64,000 nt of DNA from an uncultured Chloroflexia bacterium (GCA_963828165.1 CAWHDR010000001.1:1600001-1664000), one strand, 5' to 3'. Counted from the first letter of the stretch, positions 1 to 10,144 are shown. Translations and numbers: made by a program. Notes: a model not told the origin generated them from the letters alone.

Positions 1-48
1 GAGCGGAAGCTGACGGCGGCCACTGCCACGACGGAGTCGCGGCGTTGA
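1..48 (+). CDS. 3' end of upstream gene (partial; possibly a sugar-phosphate nucleotidyltransferase given rmlC context)
   Basis: Open frame ERKLTAATATTESRR* ends at TGA 46-48, overlapping the TTG start of the next gene; product guessed from context only. Confidence 0.35.
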   Translation, partial: ERKLTAATATTESRR

Positions 49-644
49 CCGACCTCGACCGCCCCGCCTCGACGCTCGACGGCGTCCGCTACGGGGCGAT
101 CGCCCAATTCGACGACCCGCGCGGGTCCTTCCGCGAGATCTGGCGCGACGACACGTTCGGCCCGATCGACCCTGCCGATGCCGGCGCGCCCCCCGGCAGC
201 GATGCACGCTTCGTCCAGGCCAACCTCTCGACCTCGGCGGCCGGCGTTCTTCGCGGCCTGCACCTCCACCAGCGCCAGCTCGACCACTGGGTCGTTGCCT
301 CGGGCCGAGCGTTCGTCGCCCTCGTGGACGTGCGCCCGATGCTCCGCGGCCACTCCGACCGCCCACTGGTCGAAACGCGTGAGCTCACCGCCGACGAATG
401 GGTCGACATCCCGATCGGCGTCGCCCACGGGTTCCTCGCGCTCGAGCCCCTGCAGCTCATCTATCTCGTGACCAACGCGTATGACGGCAGCGACGAGCTG
501 GGGTTCGCCTGGGACGATCCCCTGGCCGCGGTGGCCTGGCCGGCCGTCCACGAGACGCCGGACGGCAGCCCGGTCCTGTCGGACCGCGACCGCACGAACC
601 CGTCGCTGACCGAGCTCCTGGGGCGGTTGCGCACCACCGGCTGA
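45..644 (+). CDS. rfbC: dTDP-4-dehydrorhamnose 3,5-epimerase family protein
   Basis: Motifs DDPRGSFRE, FVQANLS, GVLRGLH, IPIGVAHGF, WDDP, LSDRD typical of RmlC/RfbC. Confidence 0.88.
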   Translation: MTDLDRPASTLDGVRYGAIAQFDDPRGSFREIWRDDTFGPIDPADAGAPPGSDARFVQANLSTSAAGVLRGLHLHQRQLDHWVVASGRAFVALVDVRPMLRGHSDRPLVETRELTADEWVDIPIGVAHGFLALEPLQLIYLVTNAYDGSDELGFAWDDPLAAVAWPAVHETPDGSPVLSDRDRTNPSLTELLGRLRTTG

Positions 645-812
645 CCGGCCTCTGGTGAGCACAGACCGGACCGAACCGCACCCTGCCTGACCAGGCAGGT
701 CCATCTCGCGACCCGATGGGGCTACAGCCGTCGGGACCATGGCGCGATTGAGCCGGGCGCCCACTTCGGTGAGGCTGGGACCACGGACCCCTGCCCCCAA
801 CCCGGAGTTCCC

Positions 813-2168
813 TTGCACAAGACCCTCGCCGCCCTGTTCCTCGCCGTGACGGCCGCTGTCGGAACGTTCGCCATGCCCGCCACCGCGCGTGCCGCCCAGA
901 CGTCCGATGCCAAGGTCGTGATCATCGTCGGGGCGACACACGGCGCGACGTCGGACTACCGCTCCAAGGCTGATCAGGCCTACGCGGAAGCGAAGCGGCA
1001 CACGCCGAACGTTTACAAGGTCTACAGCCCCAACGCCACGTGGTCGAAGGTCAAGAGCGCAACGGTCAACGCATCGGTGGTCATCTACTTCGGCCACGGC
1101 AACGGCTGGCCCAGCCCGTATCCGAAGGATTCCGCGTACACGACCAAGGACGGGTTCGGCCTGAACGCGACCGCGGGCAACGGCGACAACAACACCAAGT
1201 ACTACGGCGAGCCCTACGTTTCCACGCTCGATCTGGCGCCGAATGCGGTCGTGCTGCTCCATCACCTCTGCTACGCGTCGGGCAACTCGGAGCCCGGGCA
1301 CGCGGCGCCCACCCGATCGGTCGCCAAGCAGCGTGTCGACAACTACGGGGCGGGCTTCCTGCGGGCCGGCGTGAGCGCTGTGATCGCCGACGGCCACCGC
1401 GGAGCGGTCGACTACCTGCGCGCTCTGTTCACCACCGACCAGCGCCTGGTCGACCTGTGGCGCACCCAGCCGAACTACCACGGCAACGAGTTCTCCTTCG
1501 CGTCCACGCGGACGTCGGGCAAGACCGCGCTCATGGATCCGGACACGTCGACGTCGGGCTACTACCGGTCGATGGTCGGTAACCCGAACGTGACGACGAC
1601 CCAGGTTCTCAGTGGCGCTCCGGCGACTCCGCCTCCGCCGGCCTATGCCGTCATGAGCGTCTTCAGCGACCTCGGGAAGTCCAAGTTCGTGGGATCCATC
1701 CAGTGGATCTACGACGAGAAGATCACGAACGGCTGCACGGACACCCGCTACTGCCCGGTGTCCGCCGTCACCCGCGGCCAGATGGCCAGCTTCATCGCCC
1801 GGGCGATGCAGCTCCCAGCGGCCACCAAGGACTACTTCAGCGACGACAACGGGAAGACGCACGAAGCCGACATCAACAAGATCGCCGAGGCCGGCCTGAC
1901 TGTCGGCTGCGCGCCCGGCCTCTATTGCCGGAGCGACTCCGTCAATCGTGCCCAGATGGCGGCGTTCCTCGCCCGTGCGCTGGACCTACCCGCCGCGACC
2001 AAGGACTACTTCAACGACGACAACAGCTTCTCGCTCGAGCCTGAGATCAACGCCGCCGCTGAGGCCGGCCTGACGGGTGGCTGCGGGGACAACCGCTACT
2101 GCCCATCGGCCGCGGTCACCCGCGAGCAGATGGCGGCGTTCATCCTGCGAGCCTTCAAGCCCGACTGA
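813..2168 (+). CDS. Secreted S-layer homology (SLH) domain protein, N-terminal domain of unknown function
   Basis: Signal peptide; three C-terminal repeats of the GC..xYCP..VTRxQMAxF type (SLH-like). Confidence 0.8.
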   Translation: MHKTLAALFLAVTAAVGTFAMPATARAAQTSDAKVVIIVGATHGATSDYRSKADQAYAEAKRHTPNVYKVYSPNATWSKVKSATVNASVVIYFGHGNGWPSPYPKDSAYTTKDGFGLNATAGNGDNNTKYYGEPYVSTLDLAPNAVVLLHHLCYASGNSEPGHAAPTRSVAKQRVDNYGAGFLRAGVSAVIADGHRGAVDYLRALFTTDQRLVDLWRTQPNYHGNEFSFASTRTSGKTALMDPDTSTSGYYRSMVGNPNVTTTQVLSGAPATPPPPAYAVMSVFSDLGKSKFVGSIQWIYDEKITNGCTDTRYCPVSAVTRGQMASFIARAMQLPAATKDYFSDDNGKTHEADINKIAEAGLTVGCAPGLYCRSDSVNRAQMAAFLARALDLPAATKDYFNDDNSFSLEPEINAAAEAGLTGGCGDNRYCPSAAVTREQMAAFILRAFKPD

Positions 2169-2298
2169 GTCGCGGACGGCGGGACGACCACACCCGATCC
2201 CACCGGACTACCCTGTACCAGTCGCGAACGGGACCTTTGTCCGGTTGCCCGCGCTTGACCGTCCGCCCTATGGTTTGGAACCCGTCACCGAGGCTGTC

Positions 2299-4530
2299 TT
2301 GACGTTCGTCCGTCGCCGCCACGCCACGAATCTCCTCGTATTCCTGCTGCTGGCGACGTCCGCGATTCCGGTCGCAGCCGCGAATCCGATCACTGACCCC
2401 GCGCCCACCGCGCCGGCCCTCGGTGCCGCCCGCGTCGCTCCCGCCGAGCAGCCCTCGAGCCCGGGGGACGACGCCGGTCTCCGCTCGAGCATCCACTGGG
2501 AAGAGATCCAGAAGCACGCGAACGACAAGATCGATTTCGCGCCGGGCGGCCGGGTCACGGTGCCGTTCCGGCCACGTGCACACGATCGATGGAGCGTCGG
2601 CGGCGTCCTTCCCCGCGCCCTCCCCGAGGGTCGGCTCTCGGGTCGTCAGCTCCGCGACGCTCTGAAGCCGACGACCGCCGCCGATCCTGCGTCAACCCCG
2701 GCGCCGGAGGCCGAGCCGGCACCCGCGGTCGAGCCGACGCCGACGGTCGCGCCGACCGAAGCGCCGACTGAAGCGCCCACGGAAGCGCCCACCGACCCGA
2801 GCCTGGACCCATCGACGGAGCCGACGGCAACCCCGGCGGCCACCGACACGCCCGTCGACCAGCCAGTCGTCGACGAGGGCGAGGCCATTCCGGCGGAGGG
2901 CGTCTCCTGGTCGCCCGACCACGCAGCCGAGAGTCTCACGGAGCCCGCCGCGGCCATCTCCCCGAGCGGCCTGAAGCGCGAAGTCTTCGGCTTCCTGCCG
3001 TACTGGGAAGTCAGCGACAGCTCGACCACGATCGACTACTCGAAGGTCTCGACGATCGCCTACTTCGGCATCGGCGCGGCCGCCGACGGCACGTTCGAGA
3101 AGACCGGCCCGGGCTGGAGTGGCTGGACGAGCTCGGCCCTGACCAACGTCATCAACAAGGCCCATCAGAACAAGACGCGCGTCGTGTTGACGGTGCAGAG
3201 CTTCGCCTGGTCGTCCGGCGGCTCCACGAAGCAAAAGGCGCTCCTCGGCAGCAGCACCGCCCGTGCCAGGCTCGCCAAGACCATCGCCATCGCGGTCCGT
3301 GACCGCGGCGCCGATGGCGTGAACCTCGACTTCGAGCCCCTTGCCGCCGGCTACGCCGACGAATTCGTCGCGCTCGTGAGGCGCGTTCGGACGGAGCTCA
3401 ACGCCGTCGCCAAGGGCTACCAGCTGACCTTCGACACGACCGGTTACATCGGCAACTACCCGCTCGAGGCCGCCACCGCCGCGGGCGGCGCCGATGCCAT
3501 CTTCATCATGGGCTACGACTACCGCTCGTCGGGCTCGAGCCCCGTTGGCTCGATCGCCCCGATGGGTGGAGCCGCCTACGACATCGTCGACACGGTCAAG
3601 GCCTACACGGCGCGCGTGCCGGCATCCAAGCTGATCCTCGGCGTGCCCTACTACGGCCGCGCCTGGTCCACGGACACCGACAAGCTGAACGCCAAGAACA
3701 CCAGCGGCACGAAGTACGGCTCGTCGACAACGGTGATCTACGACAGCGGCATCGTGGTCCTGCAGGAACACGGCAAACGCCGCGATAACGTCGAAGACGT
3801 GGCCTGGACGGCCTACCGCCGCGAGAACTGTTCGAGCACGTACGGCTGCGTGACGTCGTGGCGGCAGCTGTACATGGACGATGCCTATTCGCTACGCGTC
3901 AAGTACGACCTCGTGAATAACTACGGTCTGCGCGGGGCGGGGATCTGGGCGCTGGGCTACGACAACGCTCGCCCCGAGCTGTGGGCCGCGATCAAGGATA
4001 AGTTCGTGGCCACGACGCCTTTCACGGACGTCAACGGCTTCGCCACCGAGATCGAGTGGCTGTACAAGTCCGGCATCACGGCCGGTTGCGAACCGACCCT
4101 GTTCTGCCCCAAGGGCAAGGTCACGCGCGCCCAGATGGCGATGTTCCTGGACCGCGCGCTGGACCTGCCGGCGGCGACGGTCGACTACTTCGACGACGAC
4201 GACGGCAAGACCGGCGAAGGCAGCATCAACGCCCTGGCCAGGGCCAAGATCACGGGCGGCTGCGGGCCGCGCCGCTTCTGCCCGAGCGCCAGTGTCACGC
4301 GCGCCCAGATGGCGATGTTCCTGGACCGCGCCCTGGCCCTGCCCAACGCCACGACCGACTACTTCGACGACGACGACGGCCGGACCGGCGAAGGCAGCAT
4401 CAACGCCCTCGCCCTGTCCAAGATCACCGGTGGCTGCGGCGAACGGCGCTACTGCCCGACGAGCTCGGTCACGCGCGAGCAGATGGCCGCCTTCCTGTAC
4501 CGCGCCCACCTGCAGGGCCGCCTCGACTGA
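2299..4530 (+). CDS. Secreted glycoside hydrolase family 18 protein with C-terminal SLH repeats
   Basis: Signal peptide, Pro/Thr/Glu linker, EVFGFLPYW, DGVNLDFE, IMGYDY, LILGVPYYGR, GAGIWALGYD, three SLH repeats; TTG start inferred from GAGG at 2290. Confidence 0.85.
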   Translation: MTFVRRRHATNLLVFLLLATSAIPVAAANPITDPAPTAPALGAARVAPAEQPSSPGDDAGLRSSIHWEEIQKHANDKIDFAPGGRVTVPFRPRAHDRWSVGGVLPRALPEGRLSGRQLRDALKPTTAADPASTPAPEAEPAPAVEPTPTVAPTEAPTEAPTEAPTDPSLDPSTEPTATPAATDTPVDQPVVDEGEAIPAEGVSWSPDHAAESLTEPAAAISPSGLKREVFGFLPYWEVSDSSTTIDYSKVSTIAYFGIGAAADGTFEKTGPGWSGWTSSALTNVINKAHQNKTRVVLTVQSFAWSSGGSTKQKALLGSSTARARLAKTIAIAVRDRGADGVNLDFEPLAAGYADEFVALVRRVRTELNAVAKGYQLTFDTTGYIGNYPLEAATAAGGADAIFIMGYDYRSSGSSPVGSIAPMGGAAYDIVDTVKAYTARVPASKLILGVPYYGRAWSTDTDKLNAKNTSGTKYGSSTTVIYDSGIVVLQEHGKRRDNVEDVAWTAYRRENCSSTYGCVTSWRQLYMDDAYSLRVKYDLVNNYGLRGAGIWALGYDNARPELWAAIKDKFVATTPFTDVNGFATEIEWLYKSGITAGCEPTLFCPKGKVTRAQMAMFLDRALDLPAATVDYFDDDDGKTGEGSINALARAKITGGCGPRRFCPSASVTRAQMAMFLDRALALPNATTDYFDDDDGRTGEGSINALALSKITGGCGERRYCPTSSVTREQMAAFLYRAHLQGRLD

Positions 4531-4553
4531 GGAGCGCGGCTACACTGCCGTCG

Positions 4554-5204
4554 ATGATCGACCCCGCCGCGCGTGTCCATGCGTCCGCCGAGCTCGAGGA
4601 CGGCGTCACTGTCGGGGCCGGCAGCGCGATCTGGCAGCGGGCGCAGGTCCGAACCGGCGCGCGCATCGGTAGCGAGTGCGTGATCGGGCGCGACGCGTTC
4701 ATCGACCAGGGCGTCGAGATCGGCGACCGCGTGAAGATCCAGAACGGAGCGCTCGTCTACCACGGCGTCACGGTCGCCGACGGGGTGTTCATCGGCCCTG
4801 GCGCGATCCTCACCAACGACCGTTACCCGCGGTCGATCACCGCCGAGGGCGAGCTGGCCCGGGCCGACGACTGGGAGGTCATCCCGATCCGCCTCGAGCA
4901 CGGCAGCTCGATCGGCGCGGGCGCCATCGTCGTCGCCGGGTGTGACGTCGGGCCGTTCGCGATGGTGGGCGCCGGAGCCGTCGTGACGCGCACGGTCCCC
5001 GGGCACGCGCTGGTTGCCGGGAGCCCCGCGAAGCGGATCGGCTGGGTCTGTGCCTGTGGCGACCGGCTCATGGACTCCGAGGGGCATCCCGCGCCGGCGG
5101 AGATCGGGCGCTACACGACGGACCCGGAGCTCACGTGCGCGCGCTGCGGCCGCCACTACGCCTACGAACGCACGGGCGACACGCTCCGCGAGGCGACCGC
5201 GTGA
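4554..5204 (+). CDS. Hexapeptide-repeat N-acetyltransferase (WbpD-like)
   Basis: Left-handed beta-helix repeats, VKIQN, TNDRYPRS, GSPAKRIGWVCACG, C-terminal CxxC. Confidence 0.85.
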   Translation: MIDPAARVHASAELEDGVTVGAGSAIWQRAQVRTGARIGSECVIGRDAFIDQGVEIGDRVKIQNGALVYHGVTVADGVFIGPGAILTNDRYPRSITAEGELARADDWEVIPIRLEHGSSIGAGAIVVAGCDVGPFAMVGAGAVVTRTVPGHALVAGSPAKRIGWVCACGDRLMDSEGHPAPAEIGRYTTDPELTCARCGRHYAYERTGDTLREATA

Positions 5205-6301
5205 TCCCGGTCGCTCGTCCCGACATCGATGACGCCGAGATCGCCGCCGTCACCGAGGTCCTGCGCAGCGGGATGCTGGCCGGAGGCCGCCGGGTCGCGG
5301 AGCTGGAGGAACGATGGGCGGCGTTCATCGGCGTCCGCCACGCGATCGCGGTGAGCAACGGGACCGTTGCCGAGATGTGCATCTTCGCGGGCATGGACCT
5401 GGAGCCCGGCGACGAGGTCATCACCGTCGGCCACACCTTCAATGCGACGGTGTCATCGATCCTGTACGCGGGTGCCACGCCGGTGTTCGTGGACATCGAC
5501 CCCGAGACCTACGACATCGACCCGGACCGGGTGGCCGCGGCCATCACGCCCCGGACGAAGGCCATCTGCCCGGTCCACCTGTTCGGCCTGCCGGCCGACA
5601 TGGACCCGCTCCTGGAGCTCGCCGACCGCCACGGCCTCGCCATCGTCGAGGACGCCTGCCAGGCCCACGGCGCCGAATACCGCGGGCGGCGGGTCGGAAG
5701 CTTCGGGCACGGCGCGTTCAGCCTGTACGGCACCAAGAACATGACGACGGGCGAGGGCGGTCTCATCACGACCGATGACGACGCCCTGGCCGACTGGATC
5801 CGGCTGTACCGCAACCAGGGCATGCGCGAGCGCTACCGCCACGACATCCTGGGCTACAACTTCCGCCTGACCGATGTCGCGGCCGCGATCGGCCTGTGCC
5901 AGCTCGACAAGCTCGAGCGGAACACCGCCCGTCGCCAGGCGATCGCGAAGCGCTACGACGAGGCCCTGGCGGACCTGCCGGTCGTCGTCCCGAGCGTGCC
6001 CGCCGACCGGACGCACGTCTACCACCAGTACACCCTCGACGTCGGGCCCGCACGCGACGCGATCGTGGCCGACCTCGCCGCGGCCGGAGTCTCGACCGGG
6101 ATCTACTACCCGATCCCCGTCCATCGCCAGCCGTACGTGCTGGCGCTCGGCATCCGCGCCGACCTGCCGGTCACGGACCGCGCCGCTGCGCGCAGCCTCT
6201 CGCTGCCGATGTTCCCGGGCCTCACCGGCGACGACCAGACGACCGTGATCGAGGCGGTCCGTGCCGTCGTCGGGCGGCACGCGGCCATCGCCGAACGATG
6301 A
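5201..6301 (+). CDS. DegT/DnrJ/EryC1/StrS sugar aminotransferase (WbpE-like)
   Basis: PVHLFG, EDACQAHGA, FSLYGTKNMTTGEGG, GYNFR; GTGA overlap with upstream stop. Confidence 0.9.
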   Translation: MIPVARPDIDDAEIAAVTEVLRSGMLAGGRRVAELEERWAAFIGVRHAIAVSNGTVAEMCIFAGMDLEPGDEVITVGHTFNATVSSILYAGATPVFVDIDPETYDIDPDRVAAAITPRTKAICPVHLFGLPADMDPLLELADRHGLAIVEDACQAHGAEYRGRRVGSFGHGAFSLYGTKNMTTGEGGLITTDDDALADWIRLYRNQGMRERYRHDILGYNFRLTDVAAAIGLCQLDKLERNTARRQAIAKRYDEALADLPVVVPSVPADRTHVYHQYTLDVGPARDAIVADLAAAGVSTGIYYPIPVHRQPYVLALGIRADLPVTDRAAARSLSLPMFPGLTGDDQTTVIEAVRAVVGRHAAIAER

Positions 6302-7335
6302 GCGGCTGGGAGCCCATCGGCGAGCGCCCGGCGCGAGTCGGGCTGATCGGTCTTGGGGCGATGGGGCGGAATCACCTGCGGCTGCTGAGCGCCCGCGAGG
6401 ACGTCGAGCTCGTGGCGATCTCGGATCCGCTCCCCGAGGCGCTGGAGGCGGCACGCGGGACGACCGATGCCAAGGTCTACGTCGAGCCGCGGGACATGCT
6501 CGGCAACGACGCCCTTGATGCCGTCGTCATCGCCTCGCCGACGACGACCCACCTTGGGCTCGGGCTCGCCGCCGTCGAGCGTGGGGTCGCCGCGCTCATC
6601 GAGAAGCCGCTTGCGGCGACCCCGCAGGAGGCCGACGGCCTGGTCATGGCCTCGGGCGAGACCGGCGTGCCGATCCAGGTCGGCCATGTCGAGCAATTCA
6701 ACCCGGCGGTGCTGGAGCTTGGCCGCCTCCTGGATGACGGCTGGCTCTCGACGGTCTACGCCATCACGAGCCGTCGCGCCGGCCCGTTCCCGGCGCGCAT
6801 CCGCGACGTGGGGGTGACCATCGATCTCGCGACCCACGACGTCGACATCCTGTCGTTCGTCGCGGCCGAGCGGCCGACCCGCGTCTCGGCCGAGACCGCC
6901 CAGCGCGTCCACCAGGACCACGAGGATCTGCTGTTCGGACTCCTGTCGTTTCCCTCGGGTTCGGTCGGGATGCTCCACGTCGACTGGCTGACGCCGGCCA
7001 AGCGCCGGACGCTGACCGTGGTCGGCGAGGAGGGCATGTTCGAGCTCGATTACCTCAGCCAGCGGCTGACCTTCACGCGCTCGACCGATACGACGAACCC
7101 GCACCTGATCCGCGGATATGCCCCGACGTTCGAGGGCGAATCGGTCGAGCTGCCACTTGCGAGCGGGGAGCCGCTGGCCGCCGAGCTGGACGCGTTCTTC
7201 ACCGTCGTTCGAGAGGGCGGTCGCCCGGTCGTCAACGTGGAGGACGGGCGCTGGGCGGTGGTCGTCGCGGATGCCCTGCTGCGCGCGGCGCGCGAGCGCC
7301 GGACCGTCGAGCTCGACGAGGTCCTGGCAACGTGA
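6298..7335 (+). CDS. Gfo/Idh/MocA oxidoreductase (WbpB-like)
   Basis: GLIGLGAMGRNH, IEKPLA, VGHVEQFNPA, DLATHDVD; ATGA overlap. Confidence 0.88.
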   Translation: MSGWEPIGERPARVGLIGLGAMGRNHLRLLSAREDVELVAISDPLPEALEAARGTTDAKVYVEPRDMLGNDALDAVVIASPTTTHLGLGLAAVERGVAALIEKPLAATPQEADGLVMASGETGVPIQVGHVEQFNPAVLELGRLLDDGWLSTVYAITSRRAGPFPARIRDVGVTIDLATHDVDILSFVAAERPTRVSAETAQRVHQDHEDLLFGLLSFPSGSVGMLHVDWLTPAKRRTLTVVGEEGMFELDYLSQRLTFTRSTDTTNPHLIRGYAPTFEGESVELPLASGEPLAAELDAFFTVVREGGRPVVNVEDGRWAVVVADALLRAARERRTVELDEVLAT

Positions 7336-8745
7336 CGATCACCGACCGGCCGTCCAGCACCGCTGACCTCACCGGCGGCTCAATCACGTCCGAGCCGAAC
7401 CCGTGCCGCCACCCGTTCGCGCGGCCCGTGCGGCCGTGGCGCGGTGAACCCGGAACGGCAGGGATCGTGGCGGTGGTCGGGGCGGGGAAGATGGGCCTGC
7501 CGCTCGCCGCGCAATTCGCGTCGCACGGGTGGGACGTCATCGCGGTCGACATCGACGAGGCGGTCGTGGCCGCGATCAACGAGGGTCGCTCGCATGTCGA
7601 CGAGGAGCCCGGCCTCGCGGAGCTCGTGGCGACCGCTCACGGCGACGGCATGCTGCGTGCGACGACGGACGGCGCGGCGGCCGCGCGCGAGGCCGACGTC
7701 GTCGTGCTCATCGTGCCGGTGATGCTGGACGCGGAGTCGCGGCCGGACTACCGCCACATGGATGCCGCCACGGACTCGATCGTGCCGGGCATCCATGCCG
7801 GGTCGCTCGTGATCTACGAGACGACGCTCCCCGTCGGGGACACGCGCGGGCGCTACGCTCCGCGCCTGGAGGCGGCCAGCGGGCTGCGCGCCGACGTCGA
7901 CGGCGACAACGGGTTCCTCTTGGCCTTCTCACCGGAGCGGCTGTACAGCGGTGCCGCACTTCGCAATCTGGCGACCTACCCAAAACTTGTCGGCGGCGTT
8001 GGGCCTGCTTCTCGGGACCGCGCCGCCGCGTTCTACGACAGCGTGCTCGATGCCGAGATCGTGGCCATGTCGTCGGCCGAGGCGGCCGAGTTCTCGAAGC
8101 TTGCCGACACGACGTACCGCGACGTGAACATCGCGCTCGCCAACGAGTTCGCGAACTACGCCGACCGGATCGGCGTCGACCTGACCGAGGTGATCGCCGC
8201 GGCCAACAGCCAGCCCTACAGCCACATCCACCAGCCGGGGATCGGTGTCGGTGGCCACTGCATCCCGGTCTACCCGCACTTCCTGCTCGATCGAGCGCCC
8301 GAGCTGTCGCTCGTGGCCCGAGCCCGCGAAGTCAACGACGGCCAGGTCGACGTGGCGATCGAGGCGCTGAAGGCCGAGCTGGGTTCGCTCGACGGTGTCG
8401 GGGTGCTCGTGCTCGGGCTGACGTACCGCCACGGCGTCAAGGAGCTGGCCTACTCACGGGCGCTGCCCCTGATCGAGCAGCTGCGGGCGGCGGGCGCCCA
8501 GGTGCTCGCCTACGACCCCTTGCTCACCGAAGACGAGATCCGCCAAACCGGCGCCGAACCGTGGACTTGGGGAACGCCGGCACCGGGAGTCCGCGCCGTG
8601 GTCACGCAGACAGCCGACCCGAACTGGCAGCAAATTGGATGCGGGCTGGTTCCCGGAGCTACGTGTCGTCCTGGACGGCCGCAATAGCCTCGGCGGCCTC
8701 GCCCTGCCGGATGGCGTGACCCGCCGCGGTATCGGGAGCTCGTAG
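7332..8745 (+). CDS. Nucleotide-sugar dehydrogenase (WbpA/WecC family), frameshift near 8633
   Basis: VVGAGKMGLP, FSPERL, GVGGHCIPVYP; an extra A at CAAATT shifts the frame, and the other frame continues LDAGWFPELRVVLDGRN..GIGSS* to TAG 8743-8745. Confidence 0.85.
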
Positions 8746-8772
8746 ACGCTCGAGCTGATCGTCCGGCGAGAT

Positions 8773-8784
8773 CACGCATTGCGA
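8773..8784 (+). repeat. Half copy (3' 12 bp) of the 24-bp cassette-boundary repeat
   Basis: CACGCATTGCGA, identical to 11584-11595. Confidence 0.6.
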
Positions 8785-8893
8785 CCAACATGCCTTGTAC
8801 CGTGCAGCGTGCGGATTCGCCCTTTCACCGGTTGACGCCAATTGGTCATCGACCCATGCTCAGGCGCAGGATTCCGCCGAGGGAAGTCAACCG

Positions 8894-9010
8894 ATGGTCA
8901 ATGACAGCGGCGCTTTCGCCGTGCCCGTCTACGAGATCGTCCTGGCTGTGCTCGTGGTGGGGCTGGCACTCGCAATTCTTCGAGTCCTGCGACGCCGGGG
9001 AAGGCGATGA
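8894..9010 (+). CDS. Small single-pass membrane protein (38 aa)
   Basis: MVNDSGAFAVPVYEIVLAVLVVGLALAILRVLRRRGRR: hydrophobic helix plus basic tail; GAGGGA upstream. Confidence 0.55.
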   Translation: MVNDSGAFAVPVYEIVLAVLVVGLALAILRVLRRRGRR

Positions 9011-9101
9011 CCACGACTCCGAGCCGGATGGACTGACAGCCGGCTGCCGTCTCGGGATTCAAACTGAACGCTACCGACACCCTGTGCTCGCTCGACGTCT
9101 A

Positions 9102-9125
9102 GTGTCATTGACGCACGGTTTGCGA
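9102..9125 (+). repeat. 24-bp cassette-boundary repeat, copy 2
   Basis: GTGTCATTGACGCACGGTTTGCGA. Confidence 0.7.
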
Positions 9126-9156
9126 CCACTGGTTGATCGGCTGGGGGTGAGCCGCC

Positions 9157-9954
9157 TCACAGCCGTTCGTTAATAGAGCGTACGAACCGTGCGGCCGCAG
9201 ATCGAGTTGGCGCGTCATGGAAGCCGATCTTGCCTCCGGACCGACGACACCCCAGCGCCCTGTCCAGCAGCCACGTGTGTTGGGGCGCGTGTGCCCGGAG
9301 CCACGCCGCGCCCTCCTGCTTCGAGCACGGTTGGCCCGTCCGGATCGTGCAAATCGCTCGGCATTCTGAAAGCACGGCATACGCGAGCGATCCAGGCGAG
9401 AGCGTGTCAAGGTCCTGGGTCGCGAGCCAGCGGGCATAGGAGGCTACGGCTCCGAGGTATTCGGCGTGGCTAATCGGCGGCACCACGTCGGCCGCCGTCC
9501 TGCCCGCCAGGGTGACGCCCGTCTCCCGGACGAGATACCAGTTCTGCAACCAGTCACTCACCGGCCCAGATAGGTGAAACGGCTCCCCTGGGCTGATGAC
9601 TGCCAGATCGGCCTCCGAGGCACGGAAGCCGCGAAGGTCGGCTGATCCGATGTAAACAATCTCCAGCCTGTTCTCCCACGCTGCATGCCGCCTCACGAAC
9701 TCCCGATGGACGTGGTCGAGGGCCTCGAAGTCGAGCGCGGTCGCGGGGTGCGCGGTGACGGCTACGAGATCGATGTCGCTCACGCCGGGGTCGAACCCAC
9801 CCGACACGGCCGATCCATACGCATACAGGCCGACAAGCTCGTTGCCCAGTGCATCAGTCAGGGCATCGGAGAGCACCGCGACGGGGACGTCGGGGTGGAT
9901 CGCTCCAAGCATCGATGCAGCGTCGGCCACGAACCGGACACGGTCAAGCGCCAT
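9157..9954 (-). CDS. Aminoglycoside nucleotidyltransferase-like protein (NTase domain plus DUF4111-like C-terminus)
   Basis: LVGLYAYGSAVSGGFDPGVSDIDLV (GS..DxD NTase motif), LEIVY, YAVLSECRA..SKQEGAAW; start may be 9954 or 9912. Confidence 0.75.
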   Translation of the reverse strand: MALDRVRFVADAASMLGAIHPDVPVAVLSDALTDALGNELVGLYAYGSAVSGGFDPGVSDIDLVAVTAHPATALDFEALDHVHREFVRRHAAWENRLEIVYIGSADLRGFRASEADLAVISPGEPFHLSGPVSDWLQNWYLVRETGVTLAGRTAADVVPPISHAEYLGAVASYARWLATQDLDTLSPGSLAYAVLSECRAICTIRTGQPCSKQEGAAWLRAHAPQHTWLLDRALGCRRSGGKIGFHDAPTRSAAARFVRSINERL

Positions 9955-10094
9955 AGCCTGCGACCGCGTCGCGTGAGAGGGGGCGTCTGATGTGCCGACG
10001 ACGAATGAGCGAGACGGGCCGGTGGGCGTGTCCCCCACATCCTGAAGTGAAGGCCGGGACATCGAGCATGGGATCGCCCTCGTGATTCCATCGG

Positions 10095-10118
10095 GTGACA
10101 TTCCCGGACACTTTGCGA
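10095..10118 (+). repeat. 24-bp cassette-boundary repeat, copy 3
   Basis: GTGACATTCCCGGACACTTTGCGA. Confidence 0.8.
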
Positions 10119-10144
10119 CGCTGGCGGCACGTACCATCGCGACG

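Noticed and set aside
680-812. c-di-AMP riboswitch upstream of the SLH gene
   Set aside because: Only a short hairpin and a partial GAGCCGGG-like stretch; the rest of the consensus is not recognisable.
4120-4420. Near-identical internal DNA repeats in the GH18 gene
   Set aside because: Explained by tandem SLH domains.
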